From assembly GCA_026413325.1 (NCBI GenBank), contig JANZYW010000002.1, positions 1 through 63,250 on the forward strand: a stretch of 63,250 nucleotides of DNA, written 5' to 3'. Source of the DNA: Bacteroidia bacterium. Lineage in GTDB: Bacteria; Bacteroidota; Bacteroidia; SpSt-205. Under the pieces are notes generated by a model that was given only the letters and a program-made list of their open reading frames with translations, did not search any database and was not told the DNA's origin. Made by a program: the position numbers and the translations under genes. Shown one piece after another: positions 28,048-36,948 of the stretch (its first letter is position 1; each line of letters opens with the position of its first letter).

Positions 28048-30585
28048 ATGAAAAAGCCTATAAACGTTCCCTTTCGCCGAATAGGGTCGAAAAGAGAAAA
28101 GAGTTTTTCCCTGTCTCCTTATGTGAAGGGCCTTTTCATGCTTGCAAGAATTGGATTCCCCCTTTTGTGGATTTTCTCATGGTTGCCGGTGTTAGGTCAA
28201 GGTGTGTGTGATGTGTTGCATGTGATACCTACTGGCGGATGTAATGGAGGGGCGGGATGCGGTACACGGAGCAATCCTGCCAGTCTGTCATATGCGCTTT
28301 CTATCGCCAGCAGCTTCTCTGGGCGGTACCTCAAGTTGGCATGTGGAACTTACACTTTAGACAATCCGATCTCCTTACCCAGCAATACTACCATAGAGGG
28401 GGGATATGAGCTACCGGGTTGGATAAAAACCAATAGTTGCCAAACCGTACTCTACCGTACGGCGTTACAGGTGGAGTCCTCTCCCAGCCGGGTGGTGGCT
28501 GCCTACCTCCACAATGTGACAGGAGTCGAAGTCCATGAGGTTACTTTTCGAACTGCGGATGCTCCTCTCCCCCCTGTGGCAGGGGACCAGCGGGGTATTT
28601 CTACTTATGCTGTTCATATCCAAAATGCGACTGCCTACCGATTTGTTCGGTGTCGTTTCGAAGCGGGCGCCGCCTCGAGAGGGGCTCATGGGCAGCCTGG
28701 TATGGCTGGCTCCCACGCAAACGGCCAAAACGTAGCTTGGGGGGCTCATGGAGGAGCTCCTCCCTCTCCTTTACCTCCGCTCCCTTCCGTGAGCAGTCCT
28801 TGTGGGGGAAATATCGTCTGTGCGGGTGGGCAGGGGGGCGGGACATGGGATCTGTACTACGTCACGACCGGGGCTTCTGGTCCTATATGTGGAGGCGGCG
28901 TATGCCAGCCACGAAATGACTGGATTACCGGAGGACAGTTTTGTACGAATGGAGGCAATGGTAATCCGGGCTCTCCAGGCGTCCCAGGTTCTAATGGAAC
29001 CTTTTCTTCTTATTACATACCAGGAGGGCAGGGAGGAACTGGCGGCCAGGGACAGCATGGAAGGGGGGGAGGTGGTTTTACCACTCGATATCGGTACTAT
29101 GAAGATTTCTGCGACGATGTACTGGATCCCCTCGGCAACTGTATCATCAATACGTATGTCATCCAGGATATTGACCAGTATGAATATTATCCAGGTGGAG
29201 CGGGAGGAGAAGGTGGATATGGGGGTACAGGGGGGTGGGGAGGAGGGGGGGCTTTTGGGGTATATGTGTACCAGAGTGGAAGTGGAGTTTTTATAGATTG
29301 TGCTTTCTCGTCGGGAGCAGCGGGAGCGGGAGGAAATGGAGGAACAGGTGGAGTGGGGGGAAATGGAGCGGCGGGGCATCAAGGAGTAGGCTGCTCTGGT
29401 GGGCGTGGGGGGAATGGCGGCCCAGGAGGAGCGGGTGCGCCAGGGGTCTCCTGTGCTTTGTATTTCCATAGCGGTTCGCCTCCAATAGTACAAGTCAGCG
29501 GCTCGTCTTTGTCTATCGGAGTGGGATGTAATGCTCCCTCTGCCTATCCGTTCCTTACGGAACCGCCTTTGCGTATCACAGATGCAGGCTGCGGTTATGT
29601 GATGCTGGAGGTCCCTTCACCTGCTTTCAATCAGTGGCAAAGCTTAGGAGGAGGCACTGCAACCCCTTTGCCTACTTTGACCAATCCGCTTTCCGTCAGC
29701 TACACTGCTTCAGGTCGAAAGACGCTGGTTGTTCGGGTCGCAGGTATAGATTATTCCTTTGAGGAGTTTCTTGCGGTGCTTTACACGGGTACCGCTCTTG
29801 CGCCTACTATCCTACCCGGGGGGCCATTCTGCCAGGGAGATGTTCCTACTTTTTCTGGGAGTACAGGCACCTCTCATCAATGGGAGCATATCTCTCCTTC
29901 ACTCATCGTCACCCCTGGACCGGATGCCTCTTCTTGGACGTTCCCTTTGACAGAAGTAGGTACTCACCTACTTCGGTATCGGCGACTGGAGGGGTGCTGT
30001 TGGTCTCCTTGGGGAGAGATCCAGTTTCCTGTGCAGGTTTGCCCACCTCTTTTTTCAAGTTTGCCGCTCCTTGAGGCACGGGGCGATGCAGGAGCTATCC
30101 GGCTAAATTGGTTTTTCCCTGAAACAGCTGGAATCGAGCGGTATCAAGTATGGAAAGGAGAAACGCCGTCTTCTCTCCAGCTTATACACACTGCGGAACG
30201 AGAAACTCTTTCCTGGGTCGATATCTCCGTAAAGCGCGGTGCTGAATACTGCTATCAGGTACGTGGTGTAACTCGGTCGGGGCTTGAGGTTCATCGGACG
30301 GGTTTGGTCTATGTAAGACTTGCGGTTGATCCATCCTTTCAGGTGGCAATCTATCCTAACCCAGCGCAGGATGTAGTTTTTCTCACCCTTACTTTACCCG
30401 AGCCAGGAAATGTGAACCTAACTTTCCTTGGGATGAAAGGAGAGATCGTGGCTCAGAAGGAAGAAACCCTGTCGGCAGGTACCTACACCTACTCTTTTTC
30501 GACTCGAGACTGGGCTCTCGGAATATATCCAGTGCAGGTCACATTCGCTGGGCAGCTATGGGTAGGGAAACTGGTGCACGAGTAG
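28048..30585 (+). CDS. Glycine-rich secreted T9SS cargo protein (possible beta-helix N-domain, Gly-rich core, Ig/FN3-like modules, T9SS CTD)
   Basis: Gly-rich tract 'GGAGGEGGYGGTGGWGGGGAFG...GGNGGTGGVGGNGAAGHQG..GGRGGNGGPGGAGAPG'. The terminal CTD is 'AIYPNPAQDVVFLTL...GIYPVQV'. The signal peptide begins at Met31 (28138), so the start is ambiguous. Confidence 0.7.
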   Translation: MKKPINVPFRRIGSKREKSFSLSPYVKGLFMLARIGFPLLWIFSWLPVLGQGVCDVLHVIPTGGCNGGAGCGTRSNPASLSYALSIASSFSGRYLKLACGTYTLDNPISLPSNTTIEGGYELPGWIKTNSCQTVLYRTALQVESSPSRVVAAYLHNVTGVEVHEVTFRTADAPLPPVAGDQRGISTYAVHIQNATAYRFVRCRFEAGAASRGAHGQPGMAGSHANGQNVAWGAHGGAPPSPLPPLPSVSSPCGGNIVCAGGQGGGTWDLYYVTTGASGPICGGGVCQPRNDWITGGQFCTNGGNGNPGSPGVPGSNGTFSSYYIPGGQGGTGGQGQHGRGGGGFTTRYRYYEDFCDDVLDPLGNCIINTYVIQDIDQYEYYPGGAGGEGGYGGTGGWGGGGAFGVYVYQSGSGVFIDCAFSSGAAGAGGNGGTGGVGGNGAAGHQGVGCSGGRGGNGGPGGAGAPGVSCALYFHSGSPPIVQVSGSSLSIGVGCNAPSAYPFLTEPPLRITDAGCGYVMLEVPSPAFNQWQSLGGGTATPLPTLTNPLSVSYTASGRKTLVVRVAGIDYSFEEFLAVLYTGTALAPTILPGGPFCQGDVPTFSGSTGTSHQWEHISPSLIVTPGPDASSWTFPLTEVGTHLLRYRRLEGCCWSPWGEIQFPVQVCPPLFSSLPLLEARGDAGAIRLNWFFPETAGIERYQVWKGETPSSLQLIHTAERETLSWVDISVKRGAEYCYQVRGVTRSGLEVHRTGLVYVRLAVDPSFQVAIYPNPAQDVVFLTLTLPEPGNVNLTFLGMKGEIVAQKEETLSAGTYTYSFSTRDWALGIYPVQVTFAGQLWVGKLVHE
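29221..29260 (+). repeat. G-tract cluster (G5-N4-G6-N1-G4-N4-G7-N5-G4): canonical G-quadruplex motif including a G7 homopolymer, inside the glycine-rich CDS
   Basis: GGGGGTACAGGGGGGTGGGGAGGAGGGGGGGCTTTTGGGG was read directly. Confidence 0.6.
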
Positions 30586-30784
30586 AGAGCGCGAGGTCTT
30601 ATTCTGCTTGTTCAGCATGTCTGTCTTTTCCCAGGTGAGAAAAAATAGCAAGCTGATAGCGGGTTGGTAAATAGGCCCGGTCACTCTTGGACAAATCGAT
30701 CGAGCTGGGGGCACATCCTAAGCAGGTACATGCAACGAAAGCTATGTTGGGGAAAAAGGATTGGAGATTTCCGAGGGAGGCTTT

Positions 30785-30792
30785 TACCTTTG
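30785..30792 (+). promoter_or_regulatory. -7 box TACCTTTG, 8 nt upstream of the hpf ATG
   Basis: Exact TAnnTTTG match. Confidence 0.45.
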
Positions 30793-30800
30793 CTTGACCT

Positions 30801-31094
30801 ATGCGATACGAACTTCATACTGGTTCTGTGAAGGTGAGCGCAACCTTTGCAGACTACGTGGAGACTCGCATGCAGCGTCTCCTGGCAGACTTTGCTTTCA
30901 TAGTGAGTAGTGATATCTATGTACATGAGTTAGGAGCGAAAAGTCCCTCTCATCAGATACGCATTCGAGTTCAGGTACCTGGGGAAACCTTACTGGCGGA
31001 AGAAAAGGCTGATAACTTTCAAGAAGCATTTGACATGGCCCTTGCGGCTATTCGTCGTCAGCTAACTCGTTACAAGGAAACGATTCGCTCATAG
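30801..31094 (+). CDS. hpf: Ribosome hibernation-promoting factor / RaiA family (short form)
   Basis: 97 aa with '..YVE.R...L......I....V.L' and a C-terminal 'AFD.AL..I.RQL.RYKE' pattern. Confidence 0.85.
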   Translation: MRYELHTGSVKVSATFADYVETRMQRLLADFAFIVSSDIYVHELGAKSPSHQIRIRVQVPGETLLAEEKADNFQEAFDMALAAIRRQLTRYKETIRS

Positions 31095-31107
31095 GGGACC
31101 TTCTAGC

Positions 31108-32079
31108 TCAATAGAGCTGGGGAGGAGTGCTTCCTACGAGGTGGAGCGCTGTTGCAAGTAGCAAGTGAGATTCGGTTTGACGAGAAGGAATCAAGCCTTT
31201 TTGGCGGCTTTCTATCTCCCGAAGGAAGGTCAAAATCTTTTGGCATTCCTGGAGGGAGTATCTTCTGAGCCCTTGTTCATAGGGTTTAGCTTGGAAAGGA
31301 AATCGGAGTTTGAGCTTTTTCTGGATGGCGTCTAATGCGGCAGGGGTCTGCGTGAGATGGAGAAGAGACAGGTTCTGGAAGAACTGACGGATATGCCACA
31401 GAATCTGGGAGAGCGGATATTTTTTGGGGTCTTCGGAGAAGCTTGACAGGATTTGCAGAACATCTGGTGTTTTTTTCTCGGCGAGAGCATCTATGAATCG
31501 GTAGATGTTGTATTGTGGATGAAGTCCTAAGGCTTCCCCGACCTCTTGAGCGGAAAGGGAATGCTCAGGCTGAGATAAGCCATAGATCTGAAGAACTTGG
31601 ATGAGCTGGCTTAGTATTCGGAGGTCAGTGCCTTGGGTTTCTACGAGGAGAGCAGCGGCTTCTGGGGCCAGCGAGAGTCCCCATTTCTGAGCTGTCTGCA
31701 GCACCCAGTCTATGGTCTCTCGGGGCTTTAGAGGAGGGAAGGCTTCGTAAAATATATCTTTCCCCTTAAGGAGAGAAGGGGCGGTGTCCTGGGCAAACTC
31801 TACTATGAGCCGAGTGTGCGGAGATGGGTTCTCCAAGTATTTGGATAGGGCTTTTAGGGCGTTTTTATTGAGTTTCTCTGCTTCTAGGAGCACGGCGACT
31901 TTGTGAGGGGCTAAAAAAGGTAGCTCATACAGCTCTGGAAAGCGGACTTCTGAGAAGGTGTCTCCTCGCCACTGGGAGAGAGCGAAATCAGGTGGGGCAT
32001 CCCCAAGCAGTTCTTGAATAAGGACTTTTCGCCGCTCTGAACGACGAAACTCATCGGTCCCGTAGAGGATCCAGATCAT
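31108..32079 (-). CDS. holA: DNA polymerase III delta subunit
   Basis: 323 aa. 'ILYGTDEF' at the N-terminus, and the length and helical C-terminus fit. The start overlaps the mfd 3' end by 29 nt. Confidence 0.75.
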   Translation of the reverse strand: MIWILYGTDEFRRSERRKVLIQELLGDAPPDFALSQWRGDTFSEVRFPELYELPFLAPHKVAVLLEAEKLNKNALKALSKYLENPSPHTRLIVEFAQDTAPSLLKGKDIFYEAFPPLKPRETIDWVLQTAQKWGLSLAPEAAALLVETQGTDLRILSQLIQVLQIYGLSQPEHSLSAQEVGEALGLHPQYNIYRFIDALAEKKTPDVLQILSSFSEDPKKYPLSQILWHIRQFFQNLSLLHLTQTPAALDAIQKKLKLRFPFQAKPYEQGLRRYSLQECQKILTFLREIESRQKGLIPSRQTESHLLLATALHLVGSTPPQLY

Positions 32080-35000
32080 GCATAGCAGGGGTTTTCGAAG
32101 TTTCCAGTAACCCTTCTAAGAGGGCAAGAAGTTCTTTTGAATCAGATATACCTGTGATCTCGACTACGAGGTTTTTTTCATCTGGGATGAATCGGAAGCT
32201 GTGAGAAGGACGTAGGTTGTCGAAGTAAGCAACCAGAGGGGGGAGAGGGGTTTGGGGAGAAAAGCTCAGACGAGCTCGTTGTCGGTGTACGCGGATATGG
32301 GAGAGTCCCAGTTTATCTCCTACCCATCGCAGTCGCAGAATGTCGGCTAAAATCAGTATAGGCTCTGGGAGGGGGCCGAACCTGTCTTGAAGCTCGCGTA
32401 GGAGGCTTTGGATAGCCCCTTCATCGGTGGTGTGACTCAGGCGATGGTAAATTTCAAGTCGGGTAGAAGGGTAAGGAATCCAGTCTGACGGGATGCGTGC
32501 GGGCCAATCGCACTCGACTGTGCACTGAGGAGCTGTCTGAGTAAGCCTTGGATATTGCTCTTCAAGGCCTTCTTCCTCCTTAAGCTGGGCTATAGCTTCT
32601 TCCAAGAACTGCTGATATAAATCATAGCCGATGTCGGCGATAAATCCGCTTTGTTCTCTCCCGAAAAAGTCGCCGGCGCCTCGAATTTCCAGGTCTTTCA
32701 TAGCGATCTGGAAGCCACTCCCCAGGTCACTAAACTCTTCTAAGGCTTCTAACCGACGCAGAGCCTCGGGACTCAGGTGATGTAATCCTGGAACGAGAAA
32801 ATAACAGTAAGCCTGTCGACCGCCCCTTCCTACTCTCCCCCGCAATTGGTGGAGGTCGCTAAGCCCGAAGCGATGTGCATGGTGGACAATAATCGTATTG
32901 GCGTTCGGGATATCCAAGCCGGACTCGACTAGATTCGTCGTGACTAACACATCTATGCCTTGGTAAATAAAGCTCAGCAGAATTTCTTCTACCTGTTTGG
33001 GGGGCATTTGTGCATGGACGAAGGCGACCTGGGCTTCTGGCAGCAGCTGGCTTATTTTTTGTTGGATTCTGGGAAGTTCTACGATGCTATTGTGAACGAA
33101 GAAGGCCTGCCCTCCCCGACTGAGCTCTTTTTCCAAGGCTTCCTTGACGAGCTCCCATGAGAAGGGGCGCACACGCGTTTCGACGGGGAGCCGGTTGGGG
33201 GGTGGGGTCGTAATGAGAGAGATTTCTCGTATCCCGCTCAGGGACATTTGAAGGGTACGCGGGATCGGTGTAGCGCTCATCGCCAAGGTGTCTACGGAAG
33301 GGTAGCGAGCTCGCAGTTTTTCTTTTGCCATCACCCCAAACTTGTGCTCTTCATCGATGATAACCAGGCCTAAATCGCGAAATTGAATGTCCTCAGAAAG
33401 AAGCCGATGGGTACCAATGACGATATCTACCTCTCCCCCTGCAAGTCGCTTCAGGATTTCTCTCTGCTGTTTAGGGGTCTGTAAGCGACTTAGGGCTTCG
33501 ATGCGAACAGGAAAGCCTTCTAACCTGGCTTGGAAAGTCCGTAAATGTTGCATTACCAGCACCGTAGTAGGAGCGAGAAAGGCCACCTGCTTGCCATCTT
33601 GTGTGGCTTTAAATGCGGCGCGGAGAGCGACTTCAGTTTTCCCAAATCCTACATCCCCGCATAAAAGGCGATCCATGGGATGGGGACTTTCCATGTCCTT
33701 CTTGACTTCAGCAGCGGCTTGCAGCTGGTCAGCCGTCTCTTCATAAGGGAAGCGGGACTCCATCTCCAATTGCTGGAGGGTGTCTGGGCTAAATGCATAG
33801 CCAGGTTGAACTCTGCGCTTGGCATAGAGGCGAACAAGGTCGATGGCGAGTTCTTTTATTCGCTGTTGTACCCGTTGTGTAGTACGTTGCCATTCGGTGG
33901 AGCCTAATCGGCTGAGTTTAGGAGGGGCTTCGGTGGGTGCGCGATACCGGCCGATTTCTGCGATCTGGGGGATAGGAACATACAGAGCAGCATCCTCGGC
34001 GAATATGAGTTTCACCCCTTCTTGAGGGGGGTCTGTATGAGGGATGGGGACCAACCCTCCAAAGCGGGCGATACCATGGCGGCGGTGCACTACAACGTCC
34101 CCTATTCGGAGCTCATACAGCTCTCGAAGAGCGAGTGCCTCGCTTCGTCGGAAGCTTCTATGAGCAGGTGGGCTATAAGTCCTGCGGAAAATCTGGTGGT
34201 CAGTATATACCGCTATCTGAGCAGCTGGATCGTAGAATCCAGCGGAAAGGCTCCCGATGTGATATTCGATAGGATAGGGCAGAGCTGCGGGTTCGAGGAG
34301 TCGCTCCAGTCGGAGGCGCTGACGATCATTCTCCGCAAACAAGTAGAGCCGATGGAGGGGGAGGCTCCGAAGATGCTCATGCAGAAGACCTAAGTTGTGG
34401 GGAAAACTGGGCTGGGGGTGGGTAGGATAGAAAAGGGTTTCTCGAGGGGGTAGAACAGCCTCATGTCCGATTTCGATGGTGCGAGAGGCGAGGCGATGAA
34501 AGGCTTCTACTTCATGGGAGGTCGCATTTCGTGTGAGGTTAGCTATCCATCCTTGACCTTCTATAAGAAAGACCAAAGCCTTATCGGGCAGGTAGTCATA
34601 TATCTTGGCAGAAGGATTTTCTTCTATCCGTTCAGGGGGAGGTAAAATCCATGCTCGTTGCAGCTCACCTTCCGAGAGCTGCGTTTCAGGTTCAAAGCGT
34701 TGAATACGAATAACTTCATCCGATTCTAAACGCAAGCGCAAAGGATAAGGATGGGCATAACTAAATACATCTATCACGCTCCCTCGCCAGGCAAACTCAC
34801 CTGGCTGGTTTACTGTATCGGTCTCTACAAAGTCATAAGTATGTAGCAAATCTATTAGAAACGCTCGATCCAGGGCACTACCAGGAGTGAGCGGCATGAG
34901 GTGGTCCTGCCATCGTTGGGGGGAAGGAAGTGATTCGGTGAAGCTCTCGGGGGTCACTATGAGCCATACAGGTTCTCCTTGCAGACAGCGCGTCACCCAG

Positions 35001-35314
35001 TGTGCCCGCTCCAGCCGCCGACTGTTCACTATCGCCGGATTGCCTTCACCAGTGGGGGGAAGGATAGCAATCGGAGCTCCCTTTTCTGAGAGGAGATTTA
35101 GATCATTATATATCGTTATGGCTGCTTCGTTGTCCGGCACCAACACAAGGGCCGGGGTTGGAGCCATGCTTCGTACCTTCGCCATCCAGAATGCAGGTGC
35201 AGCGCCTTTGAGTCCCTGGATATGAAGGGGATAAGAGGTGTTCCATATACGCTCTGTTGAGAGAGGGGAGGGAGTGTACATGGCCTGGACAAAGGTATCC
35301 TGATTGAAACGCAT
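32051..35314 (-). CDS. mfd: Transcription-repair coupling factor
   Basis: 1087 aa. CarD-like 'GDVVVHRRHGIARF'. Helicase motifs 'CGDVGFGKTEVALRAAF', 'DEEHKFGV', 'SATPIPRTL', 'QLRGRVGRG'. Confidence 0.95.
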   Translation of the reverse strand: MRFNQDTFVQAMYTPSPLSTERIWNTSYPLHIQGLKGAAPAFWMAKVRSMAPTPALVLVPDNEAAITIYNDLNLLSEKGAPIAILPPTGEGNPAIVNSRRLERAHWVTRCLQGEPVWLIVTPESFTESLPSPQRWQDHLMPLTPGSALDRAFLIDLLHTYDFVETDTVNQPGEFAWRGSVIDVFSYAHPYPLRLRLESDEVIRIQRFEPETQLSEGELQRAWILPPPERIEENPSAKIYDYLPDKALVFLIEGQGWIANLTRNATSHEVEAFHRLASRTIEIGHEAVLPPRETLFYPTHPQPSFPHNLGLLHEHLRSLPLHRLYLFAENDRQRLRLERLLEPAALPYPIEYHIGSLSAGFYDPAAQIAVYTDHQIFRRTYSPPAHRSFRRSEALALRELYELRIGDVVVHRRHGIARFGGLVPIPHTDPPQEGVKLIFAEDAALYVPIPQIAEIGRYRAPTEAPPKLSRLGSTEWQRTTQRVQQRIKELAIDLVRLYAKRRVQPGYAFSPDTLQQLEMESRFPYEETADQLQAAAEVKKDMESPHPMDRLLCGDVGFGKTEVALRAAFKATQDGKQVAFLAPTTVLVMQHLRTFQARLEGFPVRIEALSRLQTPKQQREILKRLAGGEVDIVIGTHRLLSEDIQFRDLGLVIIDEEHKFGVMAKEKLRARYPSVDTLAMSATPIPRTLQMSLSGIREISLITTPPPNRLPVETRVRPFSWELVKEALEKELSRGGQAFFVHNSIVELPRIQQKISQLLPEAQVAFVHAQMPPKQVEEILLSFIYQGIDVLVTTNLVESGLDIPNANTIIVHHAHRFGLSDLHQLRGRVGRGGRQAYCYFLVPGLHHLSPEALRRLEALEEFSDLGSGFQIAMKDLEIRGAGDFFGREQSGFIADIGYDLYQQFLEEAIAQLKEEEGLEEQYPRLTQTAPQCTVECDWPARIPSDWIPYPSTRLEIYHRLSHTTDEGAIQSLLRELQDRFGPLPEPILILADILRLRWVGDKLGLSHIRVHRQRARLSFSPQTPLPPLVAYFDNLRPSHSFRFIPDEKNLVVEITGISDSKELLALLEGLLETSKTPAMHDLDPLRDR

Positions 35315-35325
35315 TTTAGCTGTTG

Positions 35326-35333
35326 TAGATTTG
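35326..35333 (+). promoter_or_regulatory. -7 box TAGATTTG, 4 nt upstream of the GTG at 35338 (leaderless-type)
   Basis: Exact match in the 23-nt divergent spacer between mfd and the ceramidase-like gene. Confidence 0.5.
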
Positions 35334-35337
35334 CAAG

Positions 35338-36948
35338 GTGTGGAATATAGGTGCTGCTCGGGTTAATATTACCTACTTTGAACCAGGTATTGGTTTGTTG
35401 GGATGGGGTAACTCTCGTCATGTCGCTCATACCGTAGAGTCCCAGCTATATGCCCGTGCTTTCTGTCTTCAGGCAGCGGAGAGCGCCCCGCATTTCTGGG
35501 TGGAGCTTGACGTTTGTTTTATCTCTGTTTCGCTTTGGCAAGAGGCTTATCGTCGACTGTTATCCCTTTTCCCTGACTTGCAGCCTGCCCAGCTCATGCT
35601 CACCGCAAATCATACGCATGCAGCTCCAGGTGGCTATTCGCATCATCTGCTCTATCATATCAATACCCCGGGCTTTCATGCAGGCGTCTTCGAGCGATTT
35701 GTACAAGGTATCGTCGAAGCAGCCAGTCAAGCCTACGCGGCCAGAGAGCCTGCGGAGCTTATTTTTTCCCTCTCAACCTTCCCTCCGGAGGTTCCTATTG
35801 CATTTAATAGAGCAATGGAGGCCTACGGAAAAAATCCCATGGCCCGAACGGACAGGCCAGAACTGGCTGTCGACCGAACGGCATATCAGCTTACTGTGCG
35901 ACCCACTGGCCATTTAATCAACTGGTTCGGTACCCACACCACTACCATTCAAGAAGAGAACTTGTGCATATCCTCTGATCACAAAGGGTATGCTGCGGAG
36001 CTATGCGAGGAATCGGGGCGGGTCGCTGCTTTCGCCCAAACGACCAGCGGGGATGTTACTCCAAACCACTTTGCCTTCCCTGGCATAAAAGTGCGCAGAG
36101 GCCCGACACCCAATCCTTTTGAAAACAGAAGATTGGTGGGACGCTACCAGGCGGAGATGGCACAGCAGCTCGCTCGTTCCCCCGGAGAGTATCTTCAGCC
36201 GCAGATTCGTGCTTGGTGGCGATGGATAGATTTTTCTTCGGTGGAAGTGGAAGAACCTTATACCCGGGGTTTGGGGCGGGGAAGGACGGGACCAGGGGCG
36301 ATAGGCCCCGCCTTCATTGGGGGAACTTTAGAGGGAGGCGGTGTGCCAGCGGAGTGGGTTCGCCTCATCGCTATTTTAGCTCGTCTCCGAGGCCTTGTGG
36401 ATCCCCCCGTTCACGGCACTAAACCGCTTCTCATTGAAAGCACTACCAAGCGGATATTCGGTACCCGTCGGTGGGATACCCTGCCTCTTCCGCCTGCGGA
36501 TCCGGCCATCAAGTATATTCAGTGGTTGGGTCGACAGCGAGGTAAATATGTGCCGCTCCCCCTCACTCCTCAAGTTCTCCCTATCCAGGTCTGGCAACTT
36601 GGAACTGTTGCCCTAGTTGCCCTCCCCTTTGAGCCCACTACCATGGCGGGGGAGTTATTAAGAGAAAGAATAGCCCCTTCCCTAAGTCCGCTGGGTGTAA
36701 AGCATGTCCTCATCCAGGGGTATAGCAACGGCTATGCAGGATACCTCACGACTTACTGGGAGTACCAATATCAGCGGTATGAAGGAGGGCATACCCACTT
36801 TGGCAAGTATCTCCTCTCTGCGGTAGAAAAGGTGCTTACTGAGCTCATACAGGGGCGCGGGGAAGGAGCAGAAGAGCCTCCCTATCTCTCTATAGAGCAA
36901 GCGAGGAAGGTCTTATTCACCTATGAGATGGCTCGTTCTCTTCAGTAG
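35338..36948 (+). CDS. Neutral/alkaline ceramidase family protein (no signal peptide visible)
   Basis: 536 aa. 'ANHTHAAPGG' matches the ceramidase 'sHTHsgPgG' zinc-site motif. The N-terminal 'GAARVNITYFEPGIGLLGWG' also fits. Confidence 0.7.
   Translation: MWNIGAARVNITYFEPGIGLLGWGNSRHVAHTVESQLYARAFCLQAAESAPHFWVELDVCFISVSLWQEAYRRLLSLFPDLQPAQLMLTANHTHAAPGGYSHHLLYHINTPGFHAGVFERFVQGIVEAASQAYAAREPAELIFSLSTFPPEVPIAFNRAMEAYGKNPMARTDRPELAVDRTAYQLTVRPTGHLINWFGTHTTTIQEENLCISSDHKGYAAELCEESGRVAAFAQTTSGDVTPNHFAFPGIKVRRGPTPNPFENRRLVGRYQAEMAQQLARSPGEYLQPQIRAWWRWIDFSSVEVEEPYTRGLGRGRTGPGAIGPAFIGGTLEGGGVPAEWVRLIAILARLRGLVDPPVHGTKPLLIESTTKRIFGTRRWDTLPLPPADPAIKYIQWLGRQRGKYVPLPLTPQVLPIQVWQLGTVALVALPFEPTTMAGELLRERIAPSLSPLGVKHVLIQGYSNGYAGYLTTYWEYQYQRYEGGHTHFGKYLLSAVEKVLTELIQGRGEGAEEPPYLSIEQARKVLFTYEMARSLQ

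Noticed and set aside
28771-29493. 240-aa antisense ORF and several same-strand out-of-frame ORFs within the glycine-rich region
   Set aside because: They are a by-product of the GGN/GGA repeat DNA, because the complement of Gly codons lacks stop codons. No independent signals support them.
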